From assembly GCF_964355755.1 (NCBI RefSeq), contig NC_092673.1:6324001-6388000 (forward strand): a stretch of 64,000 nucleotides of DNA. The letters run 5' to 3'. Of this stretch, positions 62,308 to 64,000 are shown piece after piece. Numbering within the stretch: the stretch's first letter is position 1; each line of letters opens with the position of its first letter. The notes below the pieces were generated by a model. The model did no database searches and was not told the DNA's origin. It was given only the letters and a program-made list of their open reading frames with translations. The DNA comes from Antedon mediterranea (taxonomy: Eukaryota > Animalia > Echinodermata). The translations under genes and the position numbers were made by a program.

Positions 62308-63209
62308 TTACATATTTGAAATAAAGTATTAAGAAGTTAAAATGAATGTTAGGCCTACATTCTTTCGTTTAACGGATGTTTTCTCCTGCAATTTAGTGTC
62401 AATATATCTATCTTTAATAAGTGAGATTAAGTACTGTTCCATTTCCAACGATTAAGAAAAAACATCAACAAATATTACAATATAAGGTTCGATGTTAAGA
62501 GGTACAAGACATTAAACGGTTTTGTGTTTTTGATATAAGCAGTGAGTTAGGCAGATCATAAGTCAGCTCTCCTTAATTGCCTAAGTCACATAGCTGACTT
62601 AGGCAGAAACACAAAAAATATAGTATATTGATATAAGCAGTGAGTTAGGCAGATCATAAGTCAGCTCTCCTTAATTGCCTAAGTCACATAGCTGACTTAG
62701 GCAGAAACACAAAAAATATAGTATATTGATATAAGCAGTGAGTTAGGCAGATCATAAGCCAGCTCTCCTTAATTGCCTAAGTCACATAGCTGACTTAGGC
62801 AGAAACACATAAAATATAGTATATTGATATAAGCAGAATTAGGCAGATCATAAGTCATCTCTCCTTAATTGCCTAAGTCACTCAGCTGACTTAGCCAGAA
62901 ACACAAAAAATATAGTATATTGATATAAGCAGAGAGTTAGGCAGAAAAACAAAAACAAAATTATGACTTAGACAGTATAATGATATAAGCAGTGAGTTAG
63001 GCAGATCATAATAAATAAATAATAATAAATAAATCATAAATAAGCTTATAACACAATATATGCTCATATATAGCAATATTATTGCATAATAACAGTATTT
63101 AAAAAAGTGCGTATTTTGGCCATTTTTCGAAAAAATCCCTTACTATAGTAGGCCTACAGAGATTTTTTTCAAAAAATGGCCATATTTCGACTTTTTTATT
63201 TTTTGACAT

Positions 63210-64000
63210 TGTCACAAGTGACATAAGTTTTGTATTTATTGTGCAAGTCATGCTTACTTTTCCTTTTGTTTTCATTATTTGAACCTTTCTTTTGTTTTAG
63301 GAAACTATTGTTTGAAGCCAGTGGAGCAGAGTGTTTGTGTGCAGAGAAGGAGTGTGTGGAGGTTGCTGATTGGAGAAGAGGTGTAAGAGTTGAGTTGGTG
63401 TGTGAGTTGCTGATTGGTTGAGAAGGATAAGGTGGTGGTATGTGTGCAATTGAGGGAAGTTTGAGAAGGAGATGAAAATTGAGAGGAGACAGAGAAGGAG
63501 GGTTATGTTATGTTGAAGCAGAAAGGAAGTAAAGTGGTATATATGAAGTTAATAAATTGTGGGTTGGAAAGAAGTATGGTGATATAGAGCTGAAGCGGAA
63601 AGGAAATAAGGTGATCTACATGAAGTTAGTAAATTGTGAGTTGGAAATAATTATGGTGTTATAGAGCTGAAGCAGAAATGAAATAAGGTGATATACATGA
63701 AGTTAATAAATTGTGAGTTGGAAATAATTATGGTGATATAGAGCTGAAGCAGAAATGAAATAAGGTGATATACATGAAGTTAATAAATTGTGAGTTGGAA
63801 ATAATTATGGTGATCTAGAGCTGGAGCAGAAATGAAATAAAGTGAGGTACATGAAGTTAATAAAGCGAGTAATAACTGTTGGAAATAGCAGAATAAATTG
63901 CTTTTAAAGAATTGTTGAAAGTATCGAAGACTGACTTTATTGATACTGATATTATGTTACGGGGAAAAGGAGAAAGAAATAATTGATCGGGGAGCGGATT
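63210..64000. mobile_element. Probable LTR of a retrotransposon, running off the window; contains 77-bp tandem repeats
   Basis: Homology to 27617 onward breaks exactly at TGTCACAAGTGACA (TG start). Purine-rich sequence follows, with about four 77-bp units at ~63530-63860. Confidence 0.5.

Larger units (their letters stand above)
51443..63209 (+). repeat. Segmental duplicate of ~22412-27616, interrupted by the Sola3 insertion
   Basis: Collinear, near-identical introns, LINE fragment, Kolobok MITE, 98-bp array and hairpin block. Similarity ends at TTTTGACAT (27616 and 63209). Confidence 0.95.

Overview
AT-rich, repeat-dense genomic DNA from an invertebrate animal. The BMP-family gene resembles sea-urchin univin, which suggests an echinoderm or other ambulacrarian. 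Host genes: (1) a 2-exon univin/Vg1(GDF1/3)-like TGF-beta ligand (30276-32240, +). (2) A short-exon gene the ORF track only shows in fragments; manual splicing of 8 exons (22094-26486, +) gives a 165-aa protein resembling the NRF1/EWG/P3A2 DNA-binding domain. It lies in a ~5.2-kb segment duplicated at 51443-63209, where the second copy is disrupted. Mobile DNA makes up most of the rest: a near-complete LINE whose ORF2 is split by a Harbinger-derived MITE; a probable 14.3-kb Ginger1 transposon (intron-containing integrase with an OTU-like tail, CCGG TSD) carrying nested cargo; an apparently intact 6.3-kb Sola3 transposon with a 4-exon 1177-aa transposase whose empty site is visible in the paralogous copy; plus P-like, Kolobok-like, Tc1/pogo-like, foldback and Helentron-associated elements, LTR-like pieces and satellites. 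Comparisons between paralogous copies show that the abundant TACTGTA/TACAGTA and TAGGCCTA motifs arose as small insertions at TA sites, consistent with excision footprints. All family assignments come from reading motifs by eye; no database search was run.
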